Assembly: GCA_013239625.1 (NCBI GenBank)
Contig: MU054204.1
Coordinates: 1,115,537 to 1,179,536 of the forward strand
From: Lama guanicoe
Taxonomy: Eukaryota
Direction of reading: 5' to 3'
DNA: 64,000 nucleotides
This document shows positions 1-13,326 of this stretch, one piece after another (the first letter of the stretch is position 1; the number at the start of each line of letters is the position of its first letter). Below the pieces are notes generated by a model. That model worked only from the letters and a program-made list of their open reading frames with translations. It was not told where the DNA came from and did no database searches. The position numbers and the translations under genes are program-made.

Positions 1-931
1 AACCCTTCTTAGGCTGCTCTGGCTTTCAAAAAACACTTTCTAGCCTCCAAGGACAAAAGAGAGCATGAGTCACTAATGGGACAGAGATCTACGTCAACAG
101 GTATAGCTGAGGCATGGACACAGTTGCAGGAGGAAGTCTTTCTGAATGCAAGCCTTTGTCATATTTGCTGCATTTTGCCTGTTAATTCACTTTCACCAAG
201 TGATACTTTCAACAAGAATAGTGCGACAGGGTGGGACATCTGGAATGACAGTGTAAGGAGCTCAGTGGACCATTTCCCCAGTTAAAAAAAAAACCATTTA
301 ATGGTGAACATTATAAAAAAAAACAATATAAAGTTCCTGGAAGTCATTCTAATATCATACAGCAAACTGAGCAGCATTTATTCCAGAAAGTCTAATAAGC
401 TTGGTAAGAACAGTGAGAATCTATGGCATTTGAGCTAGACCCTGCCTTCTTCCCTCCCCTTCAACTCCCCCCACCCAGCTCTGTGTTAGTGCTGTGTTAC
501 AGAAGATTTAACTCCAGGAAAGTGCAGCCAAGAATATTGGGGGAGGGGGCTCCCTTTAACCACAACTTCCAATTAGAGTACAGTTTCACCCGGGGGGGGC
601 AGTTATATTTCACAACCCCCACCAGCTCTGTGTTACAGAAGCCCTATTTCATGGCAGAAAAGACTGGGGATTCCTTCCCCTACTCAAAGTGAAGGCTCAT
701 AAGGTAGCAGCTGTACCACAGGCAAGGCAATACTGGGGCCCCAATAGCAACCCCCATCCTCAACCCCCCTCATAGGGCAGAGGTCCCATGCAGGGAGGGA
801 CAAGTGGAGAAGATGGCAGCTACAGTCCCCTTCAGCTCCCACTTCAGAAGTTCTGCTCAAGAGGATAGGCAAGACTGGAGGACTTCATAGCTCTGCTGAG
901 GAGCTGATTTTATTTGGAACAGAATGTGAAG

Positions 932-1487
932 TATAGGAGACCAGAAAATGCCACCCCAAAATATGACTTAGGAAATTAGTATAGGCCACCATAAAATATG
1001 CCTCTTTGGCATAAGGATTATTTTGGGAAAAACAGACACAGGATAAGCTCTGAAAACAGAGTAGAACTAACACTTTTGTAAGGGACATTTCCATTTATAA
1101 AGGAAATCTCCATTTATAAGAGTGTCTCCCTCTTTGTACCAGGAAGAGAAGGATGACTAAATCACAAGAAACTCTTATCAGTGGAAAAGGCTCTGATTTA
1201 AATCTGAATAACAAATCTTATCACACTTTTTATTGTACTTTTCCTGGTCACCTCCCCATAACTGCACCTACACCCTTCTTTTGTCTTTAGTTGAAGATGG
1301 TATTTAAGCCTGAGTTCTAAGCCATCTCTAAGAGTTACTCATTTTTCCCTGGCTATCTCCTATGTATACATGAGGTATACATGTTAATAAACTTTTGTTT
1401 GTTTTTCTCTTGCTAATTTGTCTTTTCTGGTGGGGACTCTAGCCAAGAACTTAGAAGGGTAGAAGGAAAACATTTTTCTCTCCTACA
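932..1487 (+). mobile_element. Solo ERV1 LTR (MER34-like)
   Basis: Contains gccaccccaaaatatg...ctttggcataaggattatttt, TATA-like tatttaag and aataaa; ends ctcctaca; 4-bp TSD gaag/ggag. Confidence 0.8.
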
Positions 1488-1829
1488 GGAGGAACTCATG
1501 CCTTAAGGTGTAGTCAGAAACAATAACAATCTTACTGTCAGACAATTATAAGAAAAGGCCAATAGTCTCAGGAAACTAGTACTAAAAGACAAAACAGCAA
1601 ATCAGCCAGAAGTTTAACAGATAGAAACAGGAAACAGACAGCTCGAAAGTTCCCTATTAAGATCATACTTCTCCCTGGGGGTTGTGCATCTGTGTCAGAC
1701 TGCACCTAGTAAAAAGCAACTGATGCAGGCACTTGAGAGCTATTGGTCTCCACTAGAACATGCAGCAGAATGTAAAGCATTCACCACATCAATCATAAAT
1801 CTATCAACAAATGCCTGAACACTTACTGG

Positions 1830-2336
1830 TGTAGGGAAGGAAAATGTTTTCCTTGACCCTCTTAGGGTCCCTGGCTGGACCTGTTAATTAAACTGACAAA
1901 GACAGATTTAGAGGAGAAAAGCATACAAATTTAGTTAATATAGGTTTTATATGATACAGAAGCCTTCATAAGAAAATGAAGACCCAAAGAAACAGACCTA
2001 AGGATTTTTATGCTAGGTTTGATGAAGAGTGGACAGTCGTGGAGACTAGATCAAAGAGTATGAGGAAAGTGTAGTAAATGAGTGAAATTTAGCAAGGCCT
2101 GTTTGTTCAAATTCTTTTCAGCTCCCTTTACCTTTGGAGATAAGGATGCTCCTTTCCCCTGGGTAGAGGGAGGGCACCTCTCACATGAGAGTCTCATGAC
2201 CTGCTTCAGGGAAGAAGGGTAGGGGGAAGGTCAGAGTAACATTCTTATTTCTGCATTTTCTCAAATTCCTTCAACTTTAAAATATCCAGTATGCCAATAT
2301 GCCATATTTGGGGGTAGCATGTTCTGATCCACATTA
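1830..2336 (-). mobile_element. Solo ERV1 LTR (MER34/MER39 group)
   Basis: Starts tgtagggaaggaaaa (reverse complement of an LTR 3' end) and ends gccatatttgggggtagc...catta; TSD ctgg/ttgg; clear paralogue at 56205-56698. Confidence 0.8.
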
Positions 2337-3334
2337 TTGGCTCAAGAAGCATAAGCATGACCTCTAAATAATCACAGATTGAATATTAAACTATGCTAAT
2401 CTGGGACAACTTCTAGGAAGCCAGGCTTATAAATAAAAATGAGGCAAAAAACTGAGCAGTGACATCAGAGACTGCACACTGTGAAGGAAATATACTTCAC
2501 AGAATTAATCCAGGAAAGATATTAAACAAATAACAAAATAAAAACAAAAGCATTAAGAAGGCTCAGAGGAAGTACTGGGCTAACTAGTATTTAGAGTTGC
2601 TACAATATATTATGTGAAATGCCTAGTGTTCAATAGAAAGTTATAAGACATGAAATGAAACAGTAGAGTGTGATTCTTGTACAGTTTTTTTAAAAAACAG
2701 GCAGCAGAGACCAACTTAAGGGGACCTAGATGTTGAACTTAGCAGACAAAGACCTCAAAACTATTATAAATACACTCAAAGAATAAAACAAACCATGTAT
2801 AAACAATTAAATTTCTATGACAATGATTCATCAAATAAAGAACATCAATAAAGAGATAGAAATTATTTTTTTAAAGAACCAAGTGAAAATTCTGAATTTG
2901 AAAAGTACAATAACTGAAATGAAAAAAAAATCACTGGAGGAGCTCAACAGTAGATTTGAGCTGGCAGAATAAAGAATCAGTGAACTTGAAGATAGATCAT
3001 TTAAGGTTATACAATTTGAAGGACAGAAAGAACAAAAGAATGAAGAAAAATGAGCAGAGCCTCAGAGACTGATGGGACACAATGAAGTAGAACAACATGC
3101 ACATACCTGGAGTACAAGAGGGAGAAATGAACAGAAAAATTATTTGAAGAAATAACCACTGAAATTTTCTGTAATATAACACAAACCATTAATCTACATA
3201 TCCAAAAAATTCAGCAAAATGCAAGTAGGATAAACACAAAGAAATCCATGCCTAAATATATCATAGTAAAAGTATTGACAGCCAAAACCAAAGAGAAAAT
3301 CTTAAAGGAGCAAAAGAAAAATAAGTGTACTCCA

Positions 3335-3448
3335 CTGTAGGTGGGAATGTACATTGGTGAAGCCACTATGGAAGACAATATGGATGTTCCTTAAAAAACT
3401 AAAAATAGAACTACCATACGATCCAGCAATTTTACTCATATATATCCA

Positions 3449-3484
<36 letters not shown>

Positions 3485-4463
3485 TTATTTATTTATTTAT
3501 ATATACCTACACTTTTGTATATCTTTTATATCCAGAAAAAAAATTTAAACACTAATATGAAAAGATACATGCACCTCAGTGTTCATAGCAGCACTGTTTA
3601 CAATAGTCAAGACATGGATACAACCCAAGTGCCCATCAACAGACAATTGGTTTAAGAAGATGTGATTTTATCACCTCACACTAGTCACAATGGCCATCAT
3701 TATAAAGTCCACAAATGATAACTGACAGAGCGGGTGTGGAGAAAAGGGAACCCTCCTACACTGCTGGTGGAATGTAGTTTGGTGCAGCCATTATGGAAAA
3801 CAGTATGGAGATTCCTCAAAAGGCTAAAAATAGACTTATTATATGACCCAGCAAACCCACTCCTGGGCAGAGGAAACTCTAATTTGAAAAGATACATGCA
3901 CCCCAATGTTCATAGTAGCACTAGATACAATAACCAAGACATGGAAGCAACCTAAATGTCCATTGACAGATGAATGGATAAGGAAGATGTGGTATAATTC
4001 TATAATAGAATACTACTCAGCCATAAAAAAGAATGAAATAATGTCATTTGCAGCAACATGAATGGACCTGGAGATCATCATTCTAAGGGAAGTAAGCCAG
4101 AAAGAGAAAGAAAATTACCATATAATATCACTCATACGTGGAATCCTAAAAGGGAAAAAACACAAATGAAACTTTACAAAACAAAAACAGACTCATAGAC
4201 ATAGAAAACAACATTATGGTTACCAAAGGGGAAAGGGAAGGAGGAAGGGCAAATTAGGAGTATGGGATTCAGAGATACAAACTACTATACATACTATATG
4301 TAAAATAGATAAACAACAAGGACCCACTGTATAGCACAGGGAAGTATATTCAATATCTTGTAATAGCTTATAATGAAAAATAATCATATATATATAAAAT
4401 TGAATCACTATGCTGTACTCTTGAAACTAACACAATATTGTAAATAAACTATACTTCAATAAA
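3335..4463 (+). mobile_element. Young L1 3' portion (two overlapping L1 segments) with internal (TG)n
   Basis: ORF2 C-terminal peptides ([21 protein letters not shown]), 3'UTR and A-tail; 18-bp TSD aaaaataagtgtactcca at 3317-3334 and 4464-4481. Confidence 0.9.
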
Positions 4464-4684
4464 AAAAATAAGTGTACTCCATTCTCTTGACACTGCATTG
4501 TTTCTCACTGGTTGTGATTCATCCAGTCTTGGGCAGGGGCAGCTCTGAAGATGGGGCTCCACACACCAGCTGAAACATATGAACTTATTCCTGGATCCTG
4601 TTCTGTGGTTATTCCTGAGCTGTCATCTATATCAACATCGTAGAGTTTTGATACAGCCCTTTCACCTATTGCTGCCCTTTATGG

Positions 4685-4810
4685 GCCATGTAACTTAGGG
4701 CAAGTTACTTATTAGCCTCTCTGAGCTCATTTTCCAAATATCTAAGAGGACCTCATCTCCCTACCTTGTCTTACTATTGTGAGAATTAAAAACAATATAT
4801 GTGCAGTGTC
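4685..4810 (+). mobile_element. MIR remnant
   Basis: MIR core-like text: gggcaagttactt...cctctctgagctcattttcc...gtgagaattaaa. Confidence 0.65.
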
Positions 4811-4856
4811 CTGACTGTGGATGTTACTGCAGAATTGACAATAGCTGATCTTGGGG

Positions 4857-4966
4857 TTTTTTTGTTTTGTTTTGTTTTGGGGGGAGAATTAGGTTTGTTT
4901 ATTTATTTATTTTAACAGAAGTACTGGGGATTGAACCCCAGACCTCATGCATGCTAAGTGCACACT
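4857..4966 (-). mobile_element. vic-1-type tRNA-derived SINE, 5' truncated
   Basis: Reverse complement of cttagcatgcatgaggtctggggttcaatccccagtac with aaacaaacctaatt and an A-rich tail. Confidence 0.85.
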
Positions 4967-6026
4967 TGGAAGAGAGTAGTTATTATGGGTCAAGTTTGGT
5001 GTGGTGATCCAGGAGATACGCCACCAGAGGATATGCCAGCACTGGAAGGTACAGGAGTGCAAACTGCTGACCAAGTGAGCACCATACATTCATGACCTCC
5101 AAGGGCACAGCAGGGGTTGTGGTGATTTAATCCTAACAATGACTTTTAGTGCTGCCCAGCTTTAGCCCAGGCTACTGTCCTTAGGGCCTCGATTTGAGTA
5201 AATAAGCCATCTCCACAGCTTCTCAATAAACCTGTCTGATTTGTATGATGATGCCTGTTTTACAGGTAAAGCAGACATTGAGGCTTCAAAGGTGTGAATT
5301 CATCTACACAAGGTCACACAAGATGTAATAGGTAGAGCTAGACTGTAGGCTCAGAACCCTTTACTGGCAAATAAGAGCTCTTTTCCCATACTCCGCTGCC
5401 CTTCAGATTCACGTTTATCCTGTATGTATTGAATACCTCCTGCACACTGAGCACTTGGGCCATCAGGACTATGCATTCGCTTGGACATTTCCTGTGACAT
5501 GAGGCTTTGACTTTAGCTAAGGTGTTAAGTGCATTGATTTTTCTCTTGGTTTGGTTTGAGCTGTGCCCCCAGGAATTATAAGTACATAGTCTTCTAAGGA
5601 GCAAGTTCAGATAGCTCCTTGGTTCTCTATGACCCACCCCTGAGTTAATCTCCCCAAGATTCCAGAGGATCCAGTGTTAAGTAGTGGTCCAAGTTCTCAG
5701 AGCAGCCTGTCACATGATCAAATCCTAAAACTGCACCATAGAGTGACAGTTGGGACTTCAGAGTGGTTCCATTCTGCTCCAATGAGTGTGTTCTCCCATT
5801 ATTGGCAGGTGCTTTTCATAATTCAGTAGAGAAATGGATGAGAGACAGGTAGGACAGCCCTCAGGTGACGATTGAGTCCTTTTTAGATTTGTTCTTATCT
5901 TACAGACCTTTCCTAGACACGGGCCCTCAAAGAATTCAACCTGAGGACACAGATCCTCAAAGAATTCACAGACCTCACACCCTGAACACAGACACCTAAA
6001 TATCTCAAAATAAAATATTGAGAAAC

Positions 6027-6297
6027 TAAGGGCAGGGAGGGATAAATTAGAGGTTGGGGATTAACAGACACACATTACTATATATAAAACAGATAAACAA
6101 CAAAGACCTAATGTATAGCACCAGGAAGTATTTTCAATACCTTGTAATAACATATAATGGAAAAGAATCTGAAAGAAAATATATGTATGTATGTATATGT
6201 ATAACTGAATCACTTTGCTGTACACCTGAAACTAGCATTGGAAATCAACTACACTTTAATTTTAAAAGTTTTTAATAAAATATTTTAAAAATAAAAA
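6027..6297 (+). mobile_element. L1 3' end inserted in the tandem array
   Basis: gggagggataaatt...aactacactttaat plus A-rich tail; flanked by aaaatattgagaaac / aaaatatattgggaaac. Confidence 0.85.
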
Positions 6298-7876
6298 AAT
6301 ATATTGGGAAACAGAAAAGCACAGAGTATAGAGATATCATACCTTGAATGCCAATCCTCAGACAACTCAGACTGAAACCTGGGAACATAGACTATCAAAG
6401 AATTCAAAAATGTCATACCCTGAACAAAACCCCAAAGGCCTTAGACTCAAATTTTAGGATATACATCCTTAAAGAGTTCAAAGACCTCACACCTTGAACA
6501 CAGATTCCAAAATCTCTGATTAAAAATTGAAAGAAAGTCAATTAAAGAGTCCAAAGACCTCACATCCTGAACTCAGACCCCAAATAACTCAAATTGAGCT
6601 TGGGACACAGAACCTCTAAAAGTTCAGAGAATTCTCTCCTTAAACATGAACCCCCAAACACCTTATACTTCAGACTCCTGAAAGATTTCAGAGATTTCAT
6701 ATCCTGAATACGGTCTCACCAAATACCTCAGACTCAAGCCTTGGAGAAGAGACTCTCTAAAAGTTCAGAGACTTCATATTCTAATCATAGGCCTGCAATT
6801 GGCTCAAACTCAAAACTTGGGGCATTTAACTCCAATGAGATCAGACAACTCATACCCTAACCAGAGCACACTAAATACTTAAAACTTGGTACTCCAAAGT
6901 TCAGGGACCTCACACCCAGAACACAGACCACAAAAACCTGATATTCAAATCTTCAAAAACAGACCATCAAAGACTTTCAGGCACCTCACACCTTGACCAC
7001 ACAACTCTCTAACACCTCAGACTCAAATCTTGCAAAGCAGACCTTTGAGGAGTTCAGGGACTCATACCCTGACCAGAGTAACACAATACTTAAGTCTAAA
7101 ATGTTGGTATACAGACCCTCAAAGAATTTGGAGACCTCACAGCCTGGACACAGACACCAGAATACCTCAAACTGAACCTTGGAACAGACCCAGAAAGATT
7201 TCAGAAACCTCACATACTGAACACAAACTGAAAATTACCTCACATGTAAAACCTAGAAACACAGATTCTCAAAGATTTCAGAGGTCTCCTATCTTGAATA
7301 AGAACTCTACGAATACCTCAGACTCAAACATTGGAACACAGACCCCCAATGAGTTCAGAGATCTAATACCCTGAACAAGGACCCCCAAATACCTCAAATT
7401 CAAACCTTGGAACAAAGATCATCAAAACATTTAGGAAACACAGACTCTGAACTGAGACCCTATCAAATACATTAAACTCAATCTTGAGGACAAACACGCT
7501 TAAAGATTAAGAGGCTTTCACACTGAATGAAGAACCTGAAATATTTCAGACTCAAAACAACAAAAATTTCATAGATCTCACACCAAGAACATAGACTTCC
7601 AAACACCTCAGACTTAATACTTGAGACACAGACCCTCAAAAATTTCAGAGACCTCACATCCTGAACAAAGACCCCCAAATACGCCACATCCAAACTTTTG
7701 GTCACAGATCCTCAGAGATAGATATCTCAAGCCTTGAACACAGACAGCAAACACCTCAGACTAAAACCACAGGACACAGACTGTCAGCGTGTTCAGAGAT
7801 TTCACACCAATAATAAGACTCCCAATAAATCAAACTCAAACATTGAGATACACACCCTCAAAGATTCCAGAGACCT

Positions 7877-8458
7877 TGTATTAACCATGTCTTTTATTTT
7901 CTGTATTCTGATGCTTTGATAGCTGGGGCCTTGCTGACCCTAGAGGGACTGTCCCTCCCAGGGTTGATCAAGTCCTAGAAATAGTTAAAACAAAGCAAAC
8001 AGACAGACAAACAAATAAAATCAACTCACCCTAGAGAGTGCTTTTCAAATACAACCCAACTAATCCAGAGCTGACACTTCAACCACCTCCTCTATCAGGG
8101 TCTCACACTCCAGACCACTATTCCCCTGCCCTAATCACCTAGGGCCAGGTACTAGACAACAAGGGATAGCCTCTATACCCAGAGCCCAATGAAATTCTTC
8201 AAACTAACCAACTCTAAGCCTGCTTACCTTGCCTAGCCCATTCCTTCCTATGAAAACCACAATCAAGACTCTTGTCCACAATTTTCCCATCTCCCTCTGC
8301 CTTCTGACTGACCCTGGTGCTTCCTATGTGGCATCCAAGGTATGGCATGCCCCTTCAGTTGAAACTGTGAGTATAACAATCTATCTTTTCAGTGGCAGTC
8401 ATTTCCTGATCTGTTGGCCTTACCATACCCAAATTATAATAAAACCTACATTAAAACA
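7877..8458 (+). mobile_element. Solo ERVL LTR (MER74A-like) inserted in the tandem array
   Basis: Runs tgtattaaccatg...gatgctttgatagctggggccttgctgaccctagagggactg...aaacctacattaaaaca; TG...CA ends; 5-bp TSD gacct/gactt. Confidence 0.8.
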
Positions 8459-9939
8459 GACTTCATATTCTGACCAGATTTCACCAAACACATATGCCTC
8501 AAAACTTAAAACATACAGTTTTCTGAACTTTTCAAAGAGTTCAGAGAATTCTAACCCTGAATGCTGACCCTGAATTGTCTCAGGCTCAAACCATAGGATG
8601 GACCATGGAAGAATACAGAAACTTCACAACTTGAACACAATTCCCAACTATCTCTGACTCAAACCAGGCAACACAGACCCTCAAAGAGTTCAGAGAACTC
8701 AAATCCTGGGTGCAAACAAAAAATAGCTTAGATTCAAAACTTAGAAAATAGACTCTGAAATACTTCAGTGAACTCACATCCTGAACTTAGACCCCCACGT
8801 ACCTCAGATTCAGACCTTGAGACAGACCCTCAAAGAATCCACTTACAACACACCATGTATTAAGACCCCTAGTTAACTAAGACTCAAACTTTGGGACACA
8901 CATCCTCAAAAAATGTAGGGATTTCACAAACTGAACAGAGACATCTAAATACCGCATAGTTAAACCTTGGAACACAGATCATCAAAGCGTTTAGAAAGCT
9001 TACAACCTGAAAAAGACCCCAAATACCTGAGATTTAAACCTTGGAACAGAGCTTCAAAGAGTTCAGAGACTTCACATCCTGAATATAGACTCCCCAGATA
9101 CCTCAGATTCAAACCCTCGGACACAGAACCTCCTGCAGTTCAGCGACTTCATAGCTAGAACAGAAACCTCAAATATATCAGATTAAACTTTGAAAGAGAG
9201 CCTCCAAGAGTTCAGAGACCTCACTTCCTGAAAGCAGACCCCAAATACCTCAGACTCACACCTGGAATGTAGACCATCTAAAATTTCAGAGACCTCACAC
9301 CTTGAACAGGACCTGCAAATACCCCAGACTCAAACTTTGTGACACAAACCCTCAAATATTCAGAGACCTCACACCATGAACACAAATGCTCAAATAGCTG
9401 AACCATTACAATGGGACAGAGCCTTCAAGAGTTTGGAGACAGGAGGCCCTGAACATAGTCTCCCAAATACCTCAGACTCCTTTCTTGAAACACAGACCCT
9501 CAAAGATTTCATGGACTGAACACAAACCCCACACACCTCAGATTCAAACTCTGGAGCACAGATACTCAGAGAGTTCAAGGATTTCAGCCTGACTTCCCAC
9601 ACCAAACACCTCAGAATCAAATTTGGACAGACTCTCTGAAAGTTCTAAGATTTCAGACCTTGAACCTAGACCTCCCAAATAAATCATATAGAACACTGAC
9701 TCTGAAGGATTTCAGTGACCACATACACTGAATTCAGAACCTAATTACTTCAGACTCAAACCTTAGAACACAGATCATCAAAGCATTTTCAAACCTCATA
9801 CCCTGAAAAAGATTTTAAATACATTAGAGTCATACCATGGAATATAGACCCTCAAAAATCTCAGAAACTCAACACCTAAACACAGACCAAAAATACATCA
9901 CATGCAAACCTTGGGATAGAGACCCTGTAAAATGCTGAG

Positions 9940-10395
9940 AGCAGCATTATTCACAATAGCCAAAAGATAGAAGCAACCCAAGTATCCATTGAGAATGAAC
10001 AGAGAGACAAAATATGGTATATACATACAATGGAACATTATTCAGACTTAAAAAGGAAGGAGATTCTGACACATGCTACCACACAGATGAAACTTGAGGA
10101 CACTATGCTAAGTGAAATAAGAGAGTCACAAAAAGACAAATACTGTATGATCCCACTTATATGAGGTACTTAGAGTAATCAAATTCATAGGAAGGAGAAT
10201 GGTGATTGCCAGGGACAGGGCGGGGGTGTGTGGAATGGGGAGTTAGTGTTTAATGGCTACAGAGTTTTACTTTGGGAAGATGAAAAAATTCTGGTGATCT
10301 GTTGCACAACAATGTGAATGTACTTAATGAATTGTACACTTAAAAATAGTTGAGATGGTAAATTTCATGTTATGTGGACTTTACCACAATTCAAA
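9940..10395 (+). mobile_element. Old L1 (L1MA/L1MB-type) 3' end
   Basis: gcagcattattcacaatagccaaaag...cttgaggacactatgctaagtgaaataag...ttttaccacaat. Confidence 0.85.
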
Positions 10396-10409
10396 ATATA
10401 GGGATTGGG

Positions 10410-10989
10410 CAATGTTCACAGCAGAATGATTTACAATAGCCAAAACATGGAAAAAACCTAAATGTCCATTTACAGATGACTGGATAAAGAAGTTGTGGTA
10501 TATTTATATAATGGAATACTAATCAGCCATTAAAAAGAATGAAATAATGCCATTTGTAGCAACATGGATGGACCTAGAGATTATCATACTAAGTGAAGTA
10601 AGTCAGAAAGAGAAAGACAAACATCATATGATATTACTTACATGTGGAATCTTAAAAAATGACACAAATGAACTTATTTACAAAACAGAACAGATTTACA
10701 GACATAGGAAAAAATTTATGGTTACCAGGGGGGATAAGGGGTGGGAAGGGATAAATTGGGAGTTCGAGATTTGCAGATACCTACTACTATATAGAAAATG
10801 GGTAAACAACAAGGTCCTACTGTATAGCCCAGGGAATTATTTTCAATATCTTACAGTCATCTATAATGAAAAAGAATATGAAAATGAATATATGTATGTA
10901 CATGTATGACTGAAATATTATGTTGTACACCAGAAATTGACACAATATTGTAAACTGACTATACTTCAATATTAAAAAAGAGAAAAATT
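10410..10989 (+). mobile_element. Young L1 3' end
   Basis: MPFVATWMDLEIIILSEVSQKEKDK-type L1 text and A-tail; TSD tatagggattgg at 10397-10408 and 10990-11001. Confidence 0.9.
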
Positions 10990-11909
10990 TATAGGGATTG
11001 GTGATTTTACCTGGATTATCCATCTCTGCATTATCTGCTTGATTGTTCACCTTGGACCAGCCTATAGCTCCTCCTTAGTACACTATTGAGTTGCTTAGTC
11101 ACCATCACTCAGAGCCAGCATCCACCCCATCGAATGTGGTTTAAAAATTACGAGGACACTAACACGATGGTGGAAGATCATCTGTTATTGTCCCCGTCCT
11201 CAAAGACAAAGAACTGTATGTAGTGACAATGAGTAGACAGAGACACAAAAATAAGGATTTGTGGAAAAGAGGGAATTGTAAATTAGAGAATCTCTCCAGT
11301 TTAACCAAAAGAGCCATAGGGAAATATTATTCCTATCACTTCTTCAACTGAACTCAAATTCCCTTGTGTATATGATCAACATAATCTAGCCAAATAACAA
11401 AAAAGAATTACAATGATTATTATACTTGTAATATTAACTCCCACTGCCTTTCACACATATATAGTGCTTTACAATATTTACAGCTTTTTTGTGTGACTTA
11501 GTTCATTTAATTCTTGAAACTCTAACAAGAAGACAAGATTGAGTCAAAAATCTCTGGCTTAGGATCAGTCGTTATGTAGGCATCTCTGGCTCCTGGGGTC
11601 ATCACCTTTACCATGTGACCTCTAAAACATTGACCTCTGGTAATTGTCTGATCTATGCTAATCTTCTGTCTGCTCCTCTTGTCATATACCCCTTATAGAT
11701 TTGATTTACAGTACCTAGTCCCTATCATCTATGATCTGTCATAAAGTTTTGCAAGATTTACCTTTTAATAGTCCATCTAGAATCCATCCACTACTCTCGG
11801 GCCCTTTATCATCTCGCAGTTGTACTATTTATTATAACATCCTCCCAACTAGTCTCTCTACTTCCATTTTGGCCCCTTAGTCGGCTTCATGGTGATTAAA
11901 AAAAAAAAG

Positions 11910-12290
11910 AAGGTTCATTCAAAGTGTTTAAATAGAAAGACTTGAGTTAATGGTCCATTCACAGAGACTTTAGCAGAGTTAAAGGAACAAATTAAGGATG
12001 ATGAGACATTTGGGGAACAGCAACAGGGAAAAGCCATTACTATCCCTAGATGCAGAAGGGCAAGAGGAGGAAAAGGTGTTACTGGAATCCAGTGAGACCA
12101 GGAGTGGGCAAAGAAGCACCAGCAGACAGGAGCTGGGGCTGTAAGGAGAGAACAATGGCCACCAATGCATCCACAGCTAGGCATGGAGGGAGTTGGAGTG
12201 GAGGAAAGACAACCACAAACTCTCTCTCTAAACACACTCTGATCTACTGGTACCCACTTCTCTCCCCACCCCCAACATATATGCATTGTT
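11910..12290 (-). mobile_element. ERVL LTR remnant (LTR33-like)
   Basis: caacagggaaaagccattactatccctagatgcagaagggcaagaggagg resembles the reverse complement of LTR33. Confidence 0.55.
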
Positions 12291-12317
12291 CAAAATCAAG
12301 CAGCAGTTAGAGGATAC

Positions 12318-12845
12318 AGTGGTTTAAAAAACATCTTCAAGTTCTTTTGCAGTCCTCTCATGAAGGGGTGAAGTCTGATTCTCCTCCACTTAAATATGGA
12401 CTGGCCTGAATGACTCATCTGTAACAAATAAAAGGTAGTGGAAGGATCCTACATAATTTCTAAGGCTAGACCATAAAAGGCAATACAGCTTCTGCCTGGC
12501 TCTCTCTCTGAGGATGCTTACTTTTGGGATCCAGCCATGCTATGTGGAAGCCCAAGCCACCTAGAGAGACCAGGTATGGGCTGTATTCTGGCAAAAGGCC
12601 CTACAGAGGTCCCAGCTGGCAGCCAGCACAAACCACCAAGTAAGTGAGTGAGGAAGCCTTCGAGATGACTCCAAAAACAGCCAGCTGTCTGTCTGAAACC
12701 ATATGGGAGATCCCCAACTGAGGACCACCTAGCTGAGTCCAGTCAACTCTCCAATCTGTGAGAGAGAATAATAATAAATGATGGTGATCACTTGATGTCA
12801 CTAGGTTTGGGGTGGTTTGTTATGCAGTTAGAGATAACCAGAACT
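12318..12845 (+). mobile_element. ERVL-MaLR LTR (MLT1F/G/H-like)
   Basis: cagcttctgcctggctctctc...gaggtcccagctggcagccagc...ttggggtggtttgttatgcagttagagataaccag. Confidence 0.8.
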
Positions 12846-13326
12846 CTGAGAGTCTAGGGGATGCAGTCTGTGAGGGCTCAGCCTTTGGGCACAGAGCAAG
12901 GCAGAGAAGAAGCAGAAAGTGGATGCCGGGTAATATGTGGAGGATAACCAGCACAGCCCCCTTAAATCTCTCATCCACATTATAGCCAGAAAACCTTTCA
13001 TTGGCTACTAGTGAAAGCCCAAGCCTGGCACACAAGGACTCCCAGGACCTTGCTTTCTCTGCTTTTCACTACCATCTCCAAGAATTCCCTGTTTTGTGAT
13101 TTATTTTAATGGTTATACTGGATTCATCGTAATTCTCCCAACACATTATGCTGTTTCTTTCCTCCAAGACTTTGCTTCAAAGACTTTCCTTCTAGCATAT
13201 CCCTTCTTTTTTTTTCCCCTTCTTAAGAAAAGTTTATCAAGAAATTTCCTATATTAAACACTGGCAAAATAATGAGTAACATTATTAATATAAACTTACA
13301 AATACGCCTTTAAAAAGATGTCATTA

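Larger units (their letters stand above)
230..3316 (+). mobile_element. Old L1 (L1M/L1MD-type) 5'UTR and ORF1 remnant, split by two LTRs
   Basis: L1M 5'-end-like text at ~250-440 (gtaaggagctcagtggacc...ttggtaagaacagtgagaatc). ORF1-like text at ~2920-3300 (ggagctcaacagtagatttgagctggcagaa...gaacttgaagataga). Confidence 0.75.
5903..9935. repeat. Diverged tandem array, ~75-bp unit made of two related ~37-39-bp halves, roughly 40 units
   Basis: By-eye consensus cagaccctcaaagagttcagagacctcacaccctgaaca-cagacccccaaatacctcagactcaaaccttggaaca. The marker acctcagactcaaa and its variants recur at 7014, 7088, 7164, 7237, 7315, 7391 and at 8650, 8725, 8801, 8875, 8951, 9025, 9100, 9175 (spacing 72-78). 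Confidence 0.9.

Noticed and set aside
5903..9935. CRISPR array
   Set aside because: Units are contiguous, diverged along their whole length and have no unique spacers; the context is mammalian with no cas genes.
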